Shown here piece by piece: positions 8,025 through 18,827 of a DNA stretch of 64,000 bases. The notes beneath the pieces were generated by a model. That model ran no database searches, was not told the DNA's origin, and saw nothing but the letters and a program-made list of their open reading frames with translations. The stretch is from an uncultured Actinomycetes bacterium (GTDB lineage Bacteria; Actinomycetota; Thermoleophilia; Solirubrobacterales; 70-9): positions 18,027-82,026 of the forward strand of contig CAVRKX010000003.1 in assembly GCA_963721735.1 (NCBI GenBank), written 5' to 3'. Both the position numbers and the translations under genes were made by a program. Position 1 is the first letter of the stretch. Every line of letters starts with the position of its first letter.

Positions 8025-9785
8025 GTGCGATCACTCAGGTCCAGGCACGGGCAGCGCGCCAGCCGCACGGAGTGCAATCCCAAGACGGCCCGCAAGAAGC
8101 GCTCCGTCATTGGCGCATCCGCCGCGCTCGCGGCAATGTCCGCGCTCGTGGCGCTGATCGGCGCCGCGCCTGCATCCGCCGACTTGAACGGGTGTCAGCC
8201 CAGCCAGACGATTTCGAATCGCCTCCCGTCGGATCTCGTCGGCGCTTCGTTTACGACGAGCGTCAACACAGCGACCTACACGTTCGATTCGCTCGTCGAC
8301 CGCAACCCGGTGGATGGAGTACCGGGGCTGATCGAGTACTGCATCTACCCCGGCTCGCAGCCGCCGGACAGCGTTACGGTGTCGGCCACGGGCGACAACG
8401 GCTCTGCCTGGGAGGATCCACCCACATTCGAGAGCTTTTCGTTCGCTCGTCCCGACGGCAACCCGAGCAACATTGGGCTGGACGGCACCACGACGACGAT
8501 GGGTACCGCTACCTGGAGCGGCGGCGTCCCGCCGAACCAGATCATCGTGCTCCACATCAACGACGCCGCGGAGTGCGATGAGCTCTACGGCGGCAACCCG
8601 GGTACCTGTTGGGTCCTGCCCTCCGGCGCCGCGCCCCCTGAGACGCCCGACGTGACGACGGCTCCGCATTTCCAGGATCACTCGCCCGTGCCGATCGACG
8701 GGGCCTACCCGAACTTCCAGGCCACGGTGGGCGCGATCGTTCACGACTCGGCCACCGTCGGGGGCACCAGCAACGGGACCCCGACGGGCAGCGTGGAGTT
8801 CAGGAAATTCGACAACGGCGACTGCTCCGGGGAGCCGGCGGACACCGAGACGGTGAGTCTGAACAACAGCGGCTTTGCGGATCAGACGGACAACTACGGA
8901 CCGATCACGCAGCAGACGACGCTGTCGTTCCAGGCGTTCTACACGAGCGATAACACCTCGAAGTGGACCAACGAAAGCAGTGCCTGCGAGAAGCTGACCG
9001 TGGTGTGTCAGGTCGCCTTCGCGAGCAAGCGGACCGGCACCGGCGACATCTACCTGATGGAGGGCAGCGCCCAGACGCGGCTGACCACCAGCCCGGCGGT
9101 CGACGGCGAACCTGCCTTCTTCCCCGCGGCCGGCAAGATCGCCTTCGCGAGCAACCGCGCCGGCAACTCGGAGATCTACTCGATGAACGCCACCAACACG
9201 GCCCGGACCCGGCTGACGACCGACCCGGCGGTGGACACCGAACCATCCTGGTCGCCCGACGGGACGAAGATCGCCTTCGCGAGCAACCGGACCGGCGACG
9301 GCGACATCTACGTGATGAACGCCGACGGCACGGGCCAGATGCGGCTCACCACCAATGCGGGCGCCGACCGCTCTCCCGCCTGGTCGCCCGACGGCAATGA
9401 GATCGCCTTCGCGAGCAACCGGACCGGCGCCGGCGACATCTACGTGATGAACGCCGACGGCACGGGCCAGAGGCGGCTGACGGCGAACGCCGCCGTCGAC
9501 GCCGCCCCCGACTGGTCGCCCGACGGGACGAAGATCGCCTTCGCGAGCAAGCGGACCGGCAACGGCGACATCTACCTGATGGACGGGAGCGCCCTGACGC
9601 GGCTGACAACCAACCCGGCGGTCGACGGCGAGCCGTCCTTCTCGCAGCACGCGAGGATCGCCGGCAAGATCGACTTCGTGAGCAACCGCAACGGCGACTC
9701 GGACATCTACGCGATGAACGCCACCGGTGCCCAGTGGCGGCTGACCACGAACGCGGCCCCCGACAGCTCTCCGGACGCTCCTTAG
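8025..9785 (+). CDS. secreted protein with an Ig-like module and a C-terminal TolB-like PD40 beta-propeller
   Basis: 586-aa ORF with a signal peptide (AALAAMSALVALIGAAPASA). The C-terminal third is made of FASNRTGDGDIYVMNADGTGQxRLTTN...SPxWSPDG repeats (PD40/TolB type). It is paralogous to the C-terminus of the 10795-17747 gene. Confidence 0.85.
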   Translation: MRSLRSRHGQRASRTECNPKTARKKRSVIGASAALAAMSALVALIGAAPASADLNGCQPSQTISNRLPSDLVGASFTTSVNTATYTFDSLVDRNPVDGVPGLIEYCIYPGSQPPDSVTVSATGDNGSAWEDPPTFESFSFARPDGNPSNIGLDGTTTTMGTATWSGGVPPNQIIVLHINDAAECDELYGGNPGTCWVLPSGAAPPETPDVTTAPHFQDHSPVPIDGAYPNFQATVGAIVHDSATVGGTSNGTPTGSVEFRKFDNGDCSGEPADTETVSLNNSGFADQTDNYGPITQQTTLSFQAFYTSDNTSKWTNESSACEKLTVVCQVAFASKRTGTGDIYLMEGSAQTRLTTSPAVDGEPAFFPAAGKIAFASNRAGNSEIYSMNATNTARTRLTTDPAVDTEPSWSPDGTKIAFASNRTGDGDIYVMNADGTGQMRLTTNAGADRSPAWSPDGNEIAFASNRTGAGDIYVMNADGTGQRRLTANAAVDAAPDWSPDGTKIAFASKRTGNGDIYLMDGSALTRLTTNPAVDGEPSFSQHARIAGKIDFVSNRNGDSDIYAMNATGAQWRLTTNAAPDSSPDAP

Positions 9786-9885
9786 TCACGCGCATCGTCC
9801 GGATCTCGCACCCGATCCGGCGGTCATGCGGATCGATCCCAGCTTCCAGAGCGCGGCCGCGGCGGTCAGCGACCTGCAGCGACGG

Positions 9886-10012
9886 ATGGGCTGGTTTCGC
9901 GAGATCGAGCGCGCCATACCAAGGATGGGCGTCGTTCGGCGCATCGGATGCGCGCGGATGTGCGTCGATGTGCGCGCTAAGGGGCACCAGAACCGCCTTG
10001 GTGCCCAATCAG
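9886..10012 (-). repeat. degenerate tRNA-Val 3'-half copy C' plus type-1 arm
   Basis: ATGGGCTGGTTTCGCGAGATCGAGCGCG is an eroded core. It is followed by GGATGGGCG, three GATG(C/T)GCG repeats, and a GGGCACCA/TGGTGCCC hairpin, in the same order as copies A and B. Confidence 0.6.
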
Positions 10013-10071
10013 TTGCCGGCGCTTGGCGACACGTAGGTGGGACTTGCTTTCGCTGGCTAGAGTCTCGAGCG

Positions 10072-10524
10072 ATGACTGCGCAACCTGGCGGCTTGGCGCT
10101 CGATTTGAAATGCCGACTCCCGGTACCTCGCGCGCGCCTTTTCAAGGCTTTGACACGCCCGGATGAGCTGGCGAAATGGTGGGGCCCCCACGGATTCACC
10201 TCTCCAAGTATTGATTTCGACACCCGTGTCGGAGGTGGCTATCGGATCACTATGCAACCGCCAGATGGCGAGGTGTTCCATCTCTCAGGAGAGTTCCGTC
10301 AGGTCGACCCACCCGACCGACTCGCCTACACCTTTCGCTGGGAGGAGCCCGACCCGGATGATCAGGAGACAATCGTCACACTGACGCTCCGAGACTTGGG
10401 CGATGAGACTGAGCTGGTCCTCGCTCAAGGCCCGTTTGCCACCGAGGGGCGGCGCGCGTTGCACGAACAGGGTTGGACGGACAGCTTCGACCGCCTGCAG
10501 GCACTGATCTCGGCAGAAGCCTGA
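10072..10524 (+). CDS. SRPBCC (AHSA1/polyketide-cyclase-like) domain protein
   Basis: ATG at 10072. LFKALTRPDELAKWWGPHGFT...GGGYRITMQPPDGEVFHLSGEFRQVDPPDRLAYTFRWE is characteristic of the Aha1/SRPBCC family. The track ORF starting at 9826 is over-extended. Confidence 0.8.
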   Translation: MTAQPGGLALDLKCRLPVPRARLFKALTRPDELAKWWGPHGFTSPSIDFDTRVGGGYRITMQPPDGEVFHLSGEFRQVDPPDRLAYTFRWEEPDPDDQETIVTLTLRDLGDETELVLAQGPFATEGRRALHEQGWTDSFDRLQALISAEA

Positions 10525-10533
10525 GTATCCGGG

Positions 10534-10577
10534 ATGGGCGCGGCTGGTTTCGAACCAGCGACCTCTCGCGTGTGAAG
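10534..10577 (-). repeat. tRNA-Val 3'-half copy F (core only)
   Basis: Exact match to the consensus block up to GTGTGAAG, followed by unique sequence. Confidence 0.85.
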
Positions 10578-10713
10578 GGGCGAGTGATTCTCCCGCTGGA
10601 GGAGTAACCCGCGTGGCCTGCACGGGTCTTCACCCCCTGCGAGGCACCACGGCCGTCGGTTTGAGCGGGTCGAACACGGGCCGCTGACAAGTAGGAGAAC
10701 CAGGTATACGCAG

Positions 10714-10743
10714 TTGACGCCAACGATTTGACTGGCATAGGAT
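10714..10743 (+). promoter_or_regulatory. sigma-70-like promoter candidate for the giant repeat gene
   Basis: TTGACG (10714-10719), 18-nt spacer, TAGGAT (10738-10743), about 50 nt upstream of the GTG at 10795. Confidence 0.4.
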
Positions 10744-10794
10744 CGATCAATCCAAGACTGGCCACTTAGGGGGCTGGTCACTTAGGGGGGCCTT

Positions 10795-13700
10795 GTGGGA
10801 GATGCAGCGCCAGTTCGGACCACCGACGGTGCGCGAGGGCGGACTCGACGCAAGTTCGCGCCGATTCTCGTCGTCCTTGCAGCCATCGGGTGTGTTCTCG
10901 TCGGAGCTGTAGTCCAAGCACCGGCGGCGGGCCAGGCCTCACTGACTACGGACAAGTCGGACTACACGCCCGGCGAGGTCGTCCATATCTCCGGTACCGG
11001 CTTCGTGCCGGGTGACGAGTACGCCGTGCCGGTGAAACGACCGGACGGCAGCATCGTCCTGATCGATCCCGTTGAGCACACCGCGACGCAAGGGTGGGGT
11101 GCCGCGACCGCTGACGCCACCGGCAACCTGACCTACGACTACCAGCTCAACGGGGTGGCGGGCGTCTATGAGGCGCGAGCCTATCCGGCCAACTGGTCGG
11201 GCGAATGGAGCGAGACGCCGATTGCGAGCGTGACCTTCACGGATGCGTCCGCCAATCTCGACCAGTGCACGAATGGCGGCGTTGGCGACACACCGGAGCC
11301 CTGTAAGGGGTCCAATGGTTCCGAGATAGACGGCTTCAAGAACTGGGTGAACGGGAACGTGAATGCCACGAAGGCGCACTGGCGTGAAGGCGAGTTTCTC
11401 TCGTACCGCGACACGATCTCAATCGATGTGGCCGGGACACACGTGTTCCAGATCCACTACGACACGGTGCGCAGCGGAAAGCACGCGATCGATTACTTGG
11501 GATCGTTTGACGCTACTGAGACCACGTCCTCCACCGGATCGACTTTCCACGCGAATAACAACAATCCGTGTGCCGACAAACTTCCTGCCGCTAACTGCAG
11601 CCCGTCGTCTCCGGCTGACTCCTTCCCGGTTCCGGCAGCCACGCTCGTGAACTGCGCCACCTCAACGGGGACGCCGCCTGCTTCCCAGGTTTCCGGATCC
11701 TTCAAGATCTTCGGCGCCAACTCGCCCGATATAACCGCCGTCAACTACGTGAATCAGAACGTGGTGTCTGGCACCGGGCAGTGCAGCACGAGCATCGCGA
11801 TCACGTTCACTACGAGTGGAGCCGGCACAGTGGTGCTGGCTTGGGGTGGGCATATCGCCAGCGAGAGCGATTGGGGCGCCGGAAACTCTGCGTCCTTTAT
11901 CAGCGGGTCCCCGTACCACATGGCTCAGGACAGTCTCAAGTCGAACGGAGTGAACCAGAACGGCGTGGGATCCCAGGATCTCCCACTTGCCGCCTCGGCG
12001 GTTGTGTTTACGCCAAGCATCACGACCGACGTTAAGGACTCGAACGGGAGCTCGGTCACGAATGGCTCGGTCCCGATCGGGACGACGGTCCATGACACGG
12101 CGACCCTCTCCGGTGCCTCCAGCAACGCCGGAGGCACCGTCACCTACAAGCGCTTCTCCACCATCGATTGCACGGGTGGCTCGACGGATCAGAACGTCAC
12201 GGTGACGAACGGAAACGTGCCAAACTCCGCCAACTTCACGCCGACGACTCCCGGCTCCTATAGCTACAGGGCCGTGTACAGCGGGAACAACGGGCCCCCA
12301 CAGAACCTCGGAGCCACGGCTCCCTGCGAGCCGTTCACGATCACCAAGGCCACCCCGGGGATCACGACCACGGTCAAGGACGCCAACGGGGCCACGGTCG
12401 ACAACGACGCCAACAAGGCGGCCCTGGGGACGACCGTCCACGACACCGCCACCCTCTCCGGCCAGGTCGGCTCGCTGAGCCTCAACGGGACCGCCACGGT
12501 CACCTACAGCTTCTTCAAGACCGGCGACTGCTCGGGGACCGCCTTCTCGACCGAGGACAAGACCGTGGCCGCCAACGGCACCGTCCCCGACTCCTCACCG
12601 AACGGGCCCCTGGGAGCCGGCGACTACTCCTACCAGGCGACCTACAACGGCAACGCCAACTACAGCTCCAAGACCGGCGCCTGCGAGCCGTTCACGATCA
12701 CCAAGGCCAGCCCGGGGATCACGACCACGGTCAAGGACGCCAACGGGGCCACGGTCGACAACGACGCCAACAAGGCGGCCCTGGGGACGACCGTCCACGA
12801 CACCGCCACCCTCTCCGGCCAGGTCGGCTCGCTGAGCCTCAACGGGACCGCCACGGTCACCTACAGCTTCTTCAAGACCGGCGACTGCTCGGGGACCGCC
12901 TTCTCGACCGAGGACAAGACCGTGGCCGCCAACGGCACCGTCCCCGACTCCTCACAGAACGGGCCCCTGGGAGCCGGCGACTACTCCTACCAGGCGACCT
13001 ACAACGGCAACGCCAACTACAGCTCCAAGACCGGCGCCTGCGAGCCGTTCACGATCACCAAGGCCAGCCCGGGGATCACGACCACGGTCAAGGACGCCAA
13101 CGGGGCCACGGTCGACAACGACGCCAACAAGGCGGCCCTGGGGACGACCGTCCACGACACCGCCACCCTCTCCGGCCAGGTCGGCTCGCTGAGCCTCAAC
13201 GGGACCGCCACGGTCACCTACAGCTTCTTCAAGACCGGCGACTGCTCGGGGACCGCCTTCTCGACCGAGGACAAGACCGTGGCCGCCAACGGCACCGTCC
13301 CCGACTCCTCACCGAACGGGCCCCTGGGAGCCGGCGACTACTCCTACCAGGCGACCTACAACGGCAACGCCAACTACAGCTCCAAGACCTGCGCCTGCGA
13401 GCCGTTCACGATCACCAAGGCCACCCCGGGGATCACGACCACGGTCAAGGACGCCACGGGGCCACGGTCGACAACGACGCCAACAAGGCGGCCCTGGGGA
13501 CGACCGTCCACGACACCGCCACCCTCTCCGGCCAGGTCGGCTCGCTGAGCCTCAACGGGACCGCCACGGTCACCTACAGCTTCTTCAAGACCGGCGACTG
13601 CTCGGGGACCGCGTTCTCGACCGAGGACAAGACCGTGGCCGCCAACGGCACCGTCCCCGACTCCTCACCGAACGGGCCCCTGGGAGCCGGCGACTACTCC

Positions 13701-16700
13701 TACCAGGCGACCTACAACGGCAACGCCAACTACAGCTCCAAGACCGGCGCCTGCGAGCCGTTCACGATCACCAAGGCCACCCCGGGGATCACGACCACGG
13801 TCAAGGACGCCAACGGGGCCACGGTCGACAACGACGCCAACAAGGCGGCCCTGGGGACGACCGTCCACGACACCGCCACCCTCTCCGGCCAGGTCGGCTC
13901 GCTGAGCCTCAACGGGACCGCCACGGTCACCTACAGCTTCTTCAAGACCGGCGACTGCTCGGGGACCGCCTTCTCGACCGAGGACAAGACCGTGGCCGCC
14001 AACGGCACCGTCCCCGACTCCTCACCGAACGGGCCCCTGGGAGCCGGCGACTACTCCTACCAGGCGACCTACAACGGCAACGCCAACTACAGCTCCAAGA
14101 CCGGCGCCTGCGAGCCGTTCACGATCACCAAGGCCAGCCCGGGGATCACGACCACGGTCAAGGACGCCAACGGGGCCACGGTCGACAACGACGCCAACAA
14201 GGCGGCCCTGGGGACGACCGTCCACGACACCGCCACCCTCTCCGGCCAGGTCGGCTCGCTGAGCCTCGACGGGACCGCCACGGTCACCTACAGCTTCTTC
14301 AAGACCGGCGACTGCTCGGGGACCGCGTTCTCGACCGAGGACAAGACCGTGGCCGCCAACGGCACCGTCCCCGACTCCTCACCGAACGGGCCCCTGGGAG
14401 CCGGCGACTACTCCTACCAGGCGACCTACAACGGCAACGCCAACTACAGCTCCAAGACCGGCGCCTGCGAGCCGTTCACGATCACCAAGGCCACCCCGGG
14501 GATCACGACCACGGTCAAGGACGCCAACGGGGCCACGGTCGACAACGACGCCAACAAGGCGGCCCTGGGGACGACCGTCCACGACACCGCCACCCTCTCC
14601 GGCCAGGTCGGCTCGCTGAGCCTCAACGGGACCGCCACGGTCACCTACAGCTTCTTCAAGACCGGCGACTGCTCGGGGACCGCGTTCTCGACCGAGGACA
14701 AGACCGTGGCCGCCAACGGCACCGTCCCCGACTCCTCACCGAACGGGCCCCTGGGAGCCGGCGACTACTCCTACCAGGCGACCTACAACGGCAACGCCAA
14801 CTACAGCTCCAAGACCGGCGCCTGCGAGCCGTTCACGATCACCAAGGCCACCCCGGGGATCACGACCACGGTCAAGGACGCCAACGGGGCCACGGTCGAC
14901 AACGACGCCAACAAGGCGGCCCTGGGGACGACCGTCCACGACACCGCCACCCTCTCCGGCCAGGTCGGCTCGCTGAGCCTCAACGGGACCGCCACGGTCA
15001 CCTACAGCTTCTTCAAGACCGGCGACTGCTCGGGGACCGCGTTCTCGACCGAGGACAAGACCGTGGCCGCCAACGGCACCGTCCCCGACTCCTCACCGAA
15101 CGGGCCCCTGGGAGCCGGCGACTACTCCTACCAGGCGACCTACAACGGCAACGCCAACTACAGCTCCAAGACCGGCGCCTGCGAGCCGTTCACGATCACC
15201 AAGGCCACCCCGGGGATCACGACCACGGTCAAGGACGCCAACGGGGCCACGGTCGACAACGACGCCAACAAGGCGGCCCTGGGGACGACCGTCCACGACA
15301 CCGCCACCCTCTCCGGCCAGGTCGGCTCGCTGAGCCTCAACGGGACCGCCACGGTCACCTACAGCTTCTTCAAGACCGGCGACTGCTCGGGGACCGCCTT
15401 CTCGACCGAGGACAAGACCGTGGCCGCCAACGGCACCGTCCCCGACTCCTCACCGAACGGGCCCCTGGGAGCCGGCGACTACTCCTACCAGGCGACCTAC
15501 AACGGCAACGCCAACTACAGCTCCAAGACCGGCGCCTGCGAGCCGTTCACGATCACCAAGGCCACCCCGGGGATCACGACCACGGTCAAGGACGCCAACG
15601 GGGCCACGGTCGACAACGACGCCAACAAGGCGGCCCTGGGGACGACCGTCCACGACACCGCCACCCTCTCCGGCCAGGTCGGCTCGCTGAGCCTCAACGG
15701 GACCGCCACGGTCACCTACAGCTTCTTCAAGACCGGCGACTGCTCGGGGACCGCGTTCTCGACCGAGGACAAGACCGTGGCCGCCAACGGCACCGTCCCC
15801 GACTCCTCACCGAACGGGCCCCTGGGAGCCGGCGACTACTCCTACCAGGCGACCTACAACGGCAACGCCAACTACAGCTCCAAGACCGGCGCCTGCGAGC
15901 CGTTCACGATCACCAAGGCCACCCCGGGGATCACGACCACGGTCAAGGACGCCAACGGGGCCACGGTCGACAACGACGCCAACAAGGCGGCCCTGGGGAC
16001 GACCGTCCACGACACCGCCACCCTCTCCGGCCAGGTCGGCTCGCTGAGCCTCAACGGGACCGCCACGGTCACCTACAGCTTCTTCAAGACCGGCGACTGC
16101 TCGGGGACCGCGTTCTCGACCGAGGACAAGACCGTGGCCGCCAACGGCACCGTCCCCGACTCCTCACCGAACGGGCCCCTGGGAGCCGGCGACTACTCCT
16201 ACCAGGCGACCTACAACGGCAACGCCAACTACAGCTCCAAGACCGGCGCCTGCGAGCCGTTCACGATCACCAAGGCCACCCCGGGGATCACGACCACGGT
16301 CAAGGACGCCAACGGGGCCACGGTCGACAACGACGCCAACAAGGCGGCCCTGGGGACGACCGTCCACGACACCGCCACCCTCTCCGGCCAGGTCGGCTCG
16401 CTGAGCCTCAACGGGACCGCCACGGTCACCTACAGCTTCTTCAAGACCGGCGACTGCTCGGGGACCGCGTTCTCGACCGAGGACAAGACCGTGGCCGCCA
16501 ACGGCACCGTCCCCGACTCCTCACCGAACGGGCCCCTGGGAGCCGGCGACTACTCCTACCAGGCGACCTACAACGGCAACGCCAACTACAGCTCCAAGAC
16601 CGGCGCCTGCGAGCCGTTCACGATCACCAAGGGCGACACCTTGACTGCGACCCAGATCCACGACTCCGACCACAACGAGGTCCTCTCGGTCGGGCTCGGC

Positions 16701-17747
16701 TCCACCGTCCACGACCGGGCCGTCGTCTCCGGCAAGGTGGGCTCGATCACGCCGGGCGGCAACGTCAGCTTCACCTTCTATGGGAACGACAAATGCGAGG
16801 GCACCGGCAACGCCGCCGGCACCGTGGCGGTCGACTCCTCGGGCGTCGCCCATCCCTCCGATGACCAGGGGCCGCTGGCAGCCGGCGGGTTCTCCTTCAA
16901 GGCCACCTACAGCGGCGACGACAACTACAAGGGCTCGACCAGCGACTGCGAGCCCCTGAGCGTGGTGTGTCAGATCGCGTTCGCGAGCATGCGGACGGGT
17001 ACCGGCGACATCTACCTGATGAACGGGAACACTCAGATGCGGCTAACGACCAGCCCAGCGTTTGACGGTGAACCGGCTCTCTTCTCCCCGAGTGGCAAAG
17101 TCGCCTTCGCGAGCAACCGCCCCGGGAACTCGGAGATCTACTCGATGAAAGCCAGCGGCACCGCGCCGACCCGGCTGACGAGCGACCCGGCGGTGGACAC
17201 GGAACCATCTTGGTCCCCAGACGGGAAGAAGATCGCGTTCGCGAGCAAGCGAACCGGCGACGGCGACATCTACGTGATGAACGCCGACGGCACCGACCAG
17301 AGGCGGCTGACTACGAACGCCGCCGCCGATAGCTCTCCGGCCTGGTCACCCGACGGCAGTAAGCTCGCCTTCGCCAGCAGCCGGACTGGCAACGGCGACA
17401 TCTACGTGATGAACGCCGACGGCACGGATCAGAGACGGCTGACCACCGATGCCGCAGTTGACAGCTCCCCCGACTGGTCGCCCGACGGTTCGAAGATCGC
17501 GTTCGCCAGCAAGCGGACCGGCAACGGCGACATCTACGTGATCAACGGCAGCGCCCAGACCCGGCTGACGACTAGCGCGGCGGTGGACAGCGAGCCTTCC
17601 TTCTCGCAGCATGCGAAGGTAACCGGGAAGATCGACTTCGTGAGCACTCGCGCCGGCGATCCGGATATCTACGCGCTGAACGCAACCGGCGCCCAGTGGC
17701 GGTTGACCATGAACCCCGCCCGCGACAGCTCTCCGGACGCTCCTTAG
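10795..17747 (+). CDS. giant surface protein (unique N-terminal domain, 14 Ig-like modules, C-terminal PD40 propeller) split by a 1-nt frame break near 13456
   Basis: ORFs 10795-13548 and 13635-17747 are one gene. The repeat unit at 13451-13460 reads GCCACGGGG where all other units read GCCAACGGGG. N-terminal TM/signal sequence (ILVVLAAIGCVLVGAVVQAPAAG). If repaired, the protein would be about 2318 aa. The C-terminus is a TolB-like PD40 domain. Confidence 0.8.
12331..16613 (+). repeat. 12 tandem copies of a 357-bp (119-aa) coding repeat, nearly identical at DNA level
   Basis: The marker CCGTTCACGATCACCAAGG recurs at 12331, 12688, 13045, 13402, 13758 (356 nt after the previous one), 14115 and so on to 16614. 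Units differ only at a handful of positions (ACC/AGC, GCC/GCG, CCG/CAG, AAC/GAC). Confidence 0.95.
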
Positions 17748-17846
17748 TCACGCGCTTCGTCCGATCAGGAGGCAGCCGCCGACCCAGGGGTCTGAGGCCG
17801 GACACCGTCCTGGCGTCAAAGCGCCTTGTCCAGGCCGATTGCCCCG

Positions 17847-18019
17847 ATGGGCGCGGCTGGTTTCGAACCAGCGACCTCTCGCGTGTGAAGCGGCGCGTTC
17901 CTAGAGGTATCCGAGGGCCAGAATCCCGCATTGCAAAGCGGAATGCGCCCCTGGACGGGATGGCGGCCTGCGGCGCGCGGATTACCGGGGATTGAGGCAG
18001 AGAGATCGGCATTCTGCCC
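17847..18019 (-). repeat. tRNA-Val 3'-half copy G plus type-2 arm
   Basis: Core 17847-17892 matches exactly. The arm has a CCGC..GCGG hairpin, a single GATTACCGGGGATT motif, and a GGCAGAGAG..ATTCTGCC hairpin. Confidence 0.85.
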
Positions 18020-18123
18020 AACGGAGGTACAGGTCTACATGACCGTCGCGCCGCCCGTCAAGGGCGAGCCAACCTACGGGCCCCTTGCCACCAGGGCGAC
18101 GATTCGGGTCGCAATGTGACGTC

Positions 18124-18822
18124 TCACACTCGCTGGTCTGCCGCAAAGGGAGGGATGACGCGCGAAAGCCATTGCTTGGCCGCCGGGACGTGCGCGGAGT
18201 CGATTTGGTGGGCGACGTCGGACTCGTGGTAGCTGACCTCGAGTCCGCCGGCCTCGAGCAGGTCGCGGGCCCGGCGGGCAAAGCCGACCTCGATGACTGG
18301 GTCGCGGCGGCCGTGGGCGATGAAAACGCGGGCGCTGGTGCGATCGGCGAGATGCGGCTGCCAGCCCTCTACGGTGGGTATGAACCCCGAGAACGCGAGG
18401 ATGCCCGCCGGCACGGGCCGCTCGCCGGCCAGCCCCATCGAGTAGCACATCACGGACCCCATCGAGAAGCCGCCAAGGACGGTCTGATCGGGGCTGATTC
18501 CGGTGCGCTGCCAGAGCTCATCGTGAAAGTCGGCGAGCTTGCCGTACGCCGTGTGGAACGTCTCTGGATCCGGGTAGCCCACACGCGGGACCATGTACCA
18601 GTGGTTCCCTGGCCAGCCGCGAAGCGTGAGGGGGCCGCGCGGCGTTGCCACGTGCAGGTGGCGCTGCGGGTCGAGCGCGTCCGCCAGGCTGAGCAGGTCG
18701 TGCTCGTCGGTCCCGCGGCCGTGGTGAAGGACCAGCAGGCCGGCGGACTCGCCGGCCGCCGGGCGCTCTTGGTACACGAGCGAATTCACGTGCGCGACGA
18801 CTTTACGGCGACAGGCGCCCAT
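18124..18822 (-). CDS. phospholipase/carboxylesterase family alpha/beta hydrolase
   Basis: 232-aa ORF with the nucleophile elbow GFSMGS and the typical LVLHHGRGTDEHDLL and AHGRRDPVI segments of the esterase/dienelactone-hydrolase-like family. Confidence 0.85.
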   Translation of the reverse strand: MGACRRKVVAHVNSLVYQERPAAGESAGLLVLHHGRGTDEHDLLSLADALDPQRHLHVATPRGPLTLRGWPGNHWYMVPRVGYPDPETFHTAYGKLADFHDELWQRTGISPDQTVLGGFSMGSVMCYSMGLAGERPVPAGILAFSGFIPTVEGWQPHLADRTSARVFIAHGRRDPVIEVGFARRARDLLEAGGLEVSYHESDVAHQIDSAHVPAAKQWLSRVIPPFAADQRV

Positions 18823-18827
18823 CTGGG

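Noticed and set aside
10761-10790. Direct repeat CTGG(C/T)CACTTAGGGGG occurring twice just before the giant gene start
   Set aside because: It is too short to interpret and could simply be part of the RBS or leader. No other copies are in the window apart from a TTAGGGGG at the end of the first delta-60 gene.
12595-16853. Regular series of 66-67-aa minus-strand ORFs every 357 bp
   Set aside because: They are antisense shadows of the 357-bp coding repeat of the giant gene, not independent genes or a spacer-repeat array.
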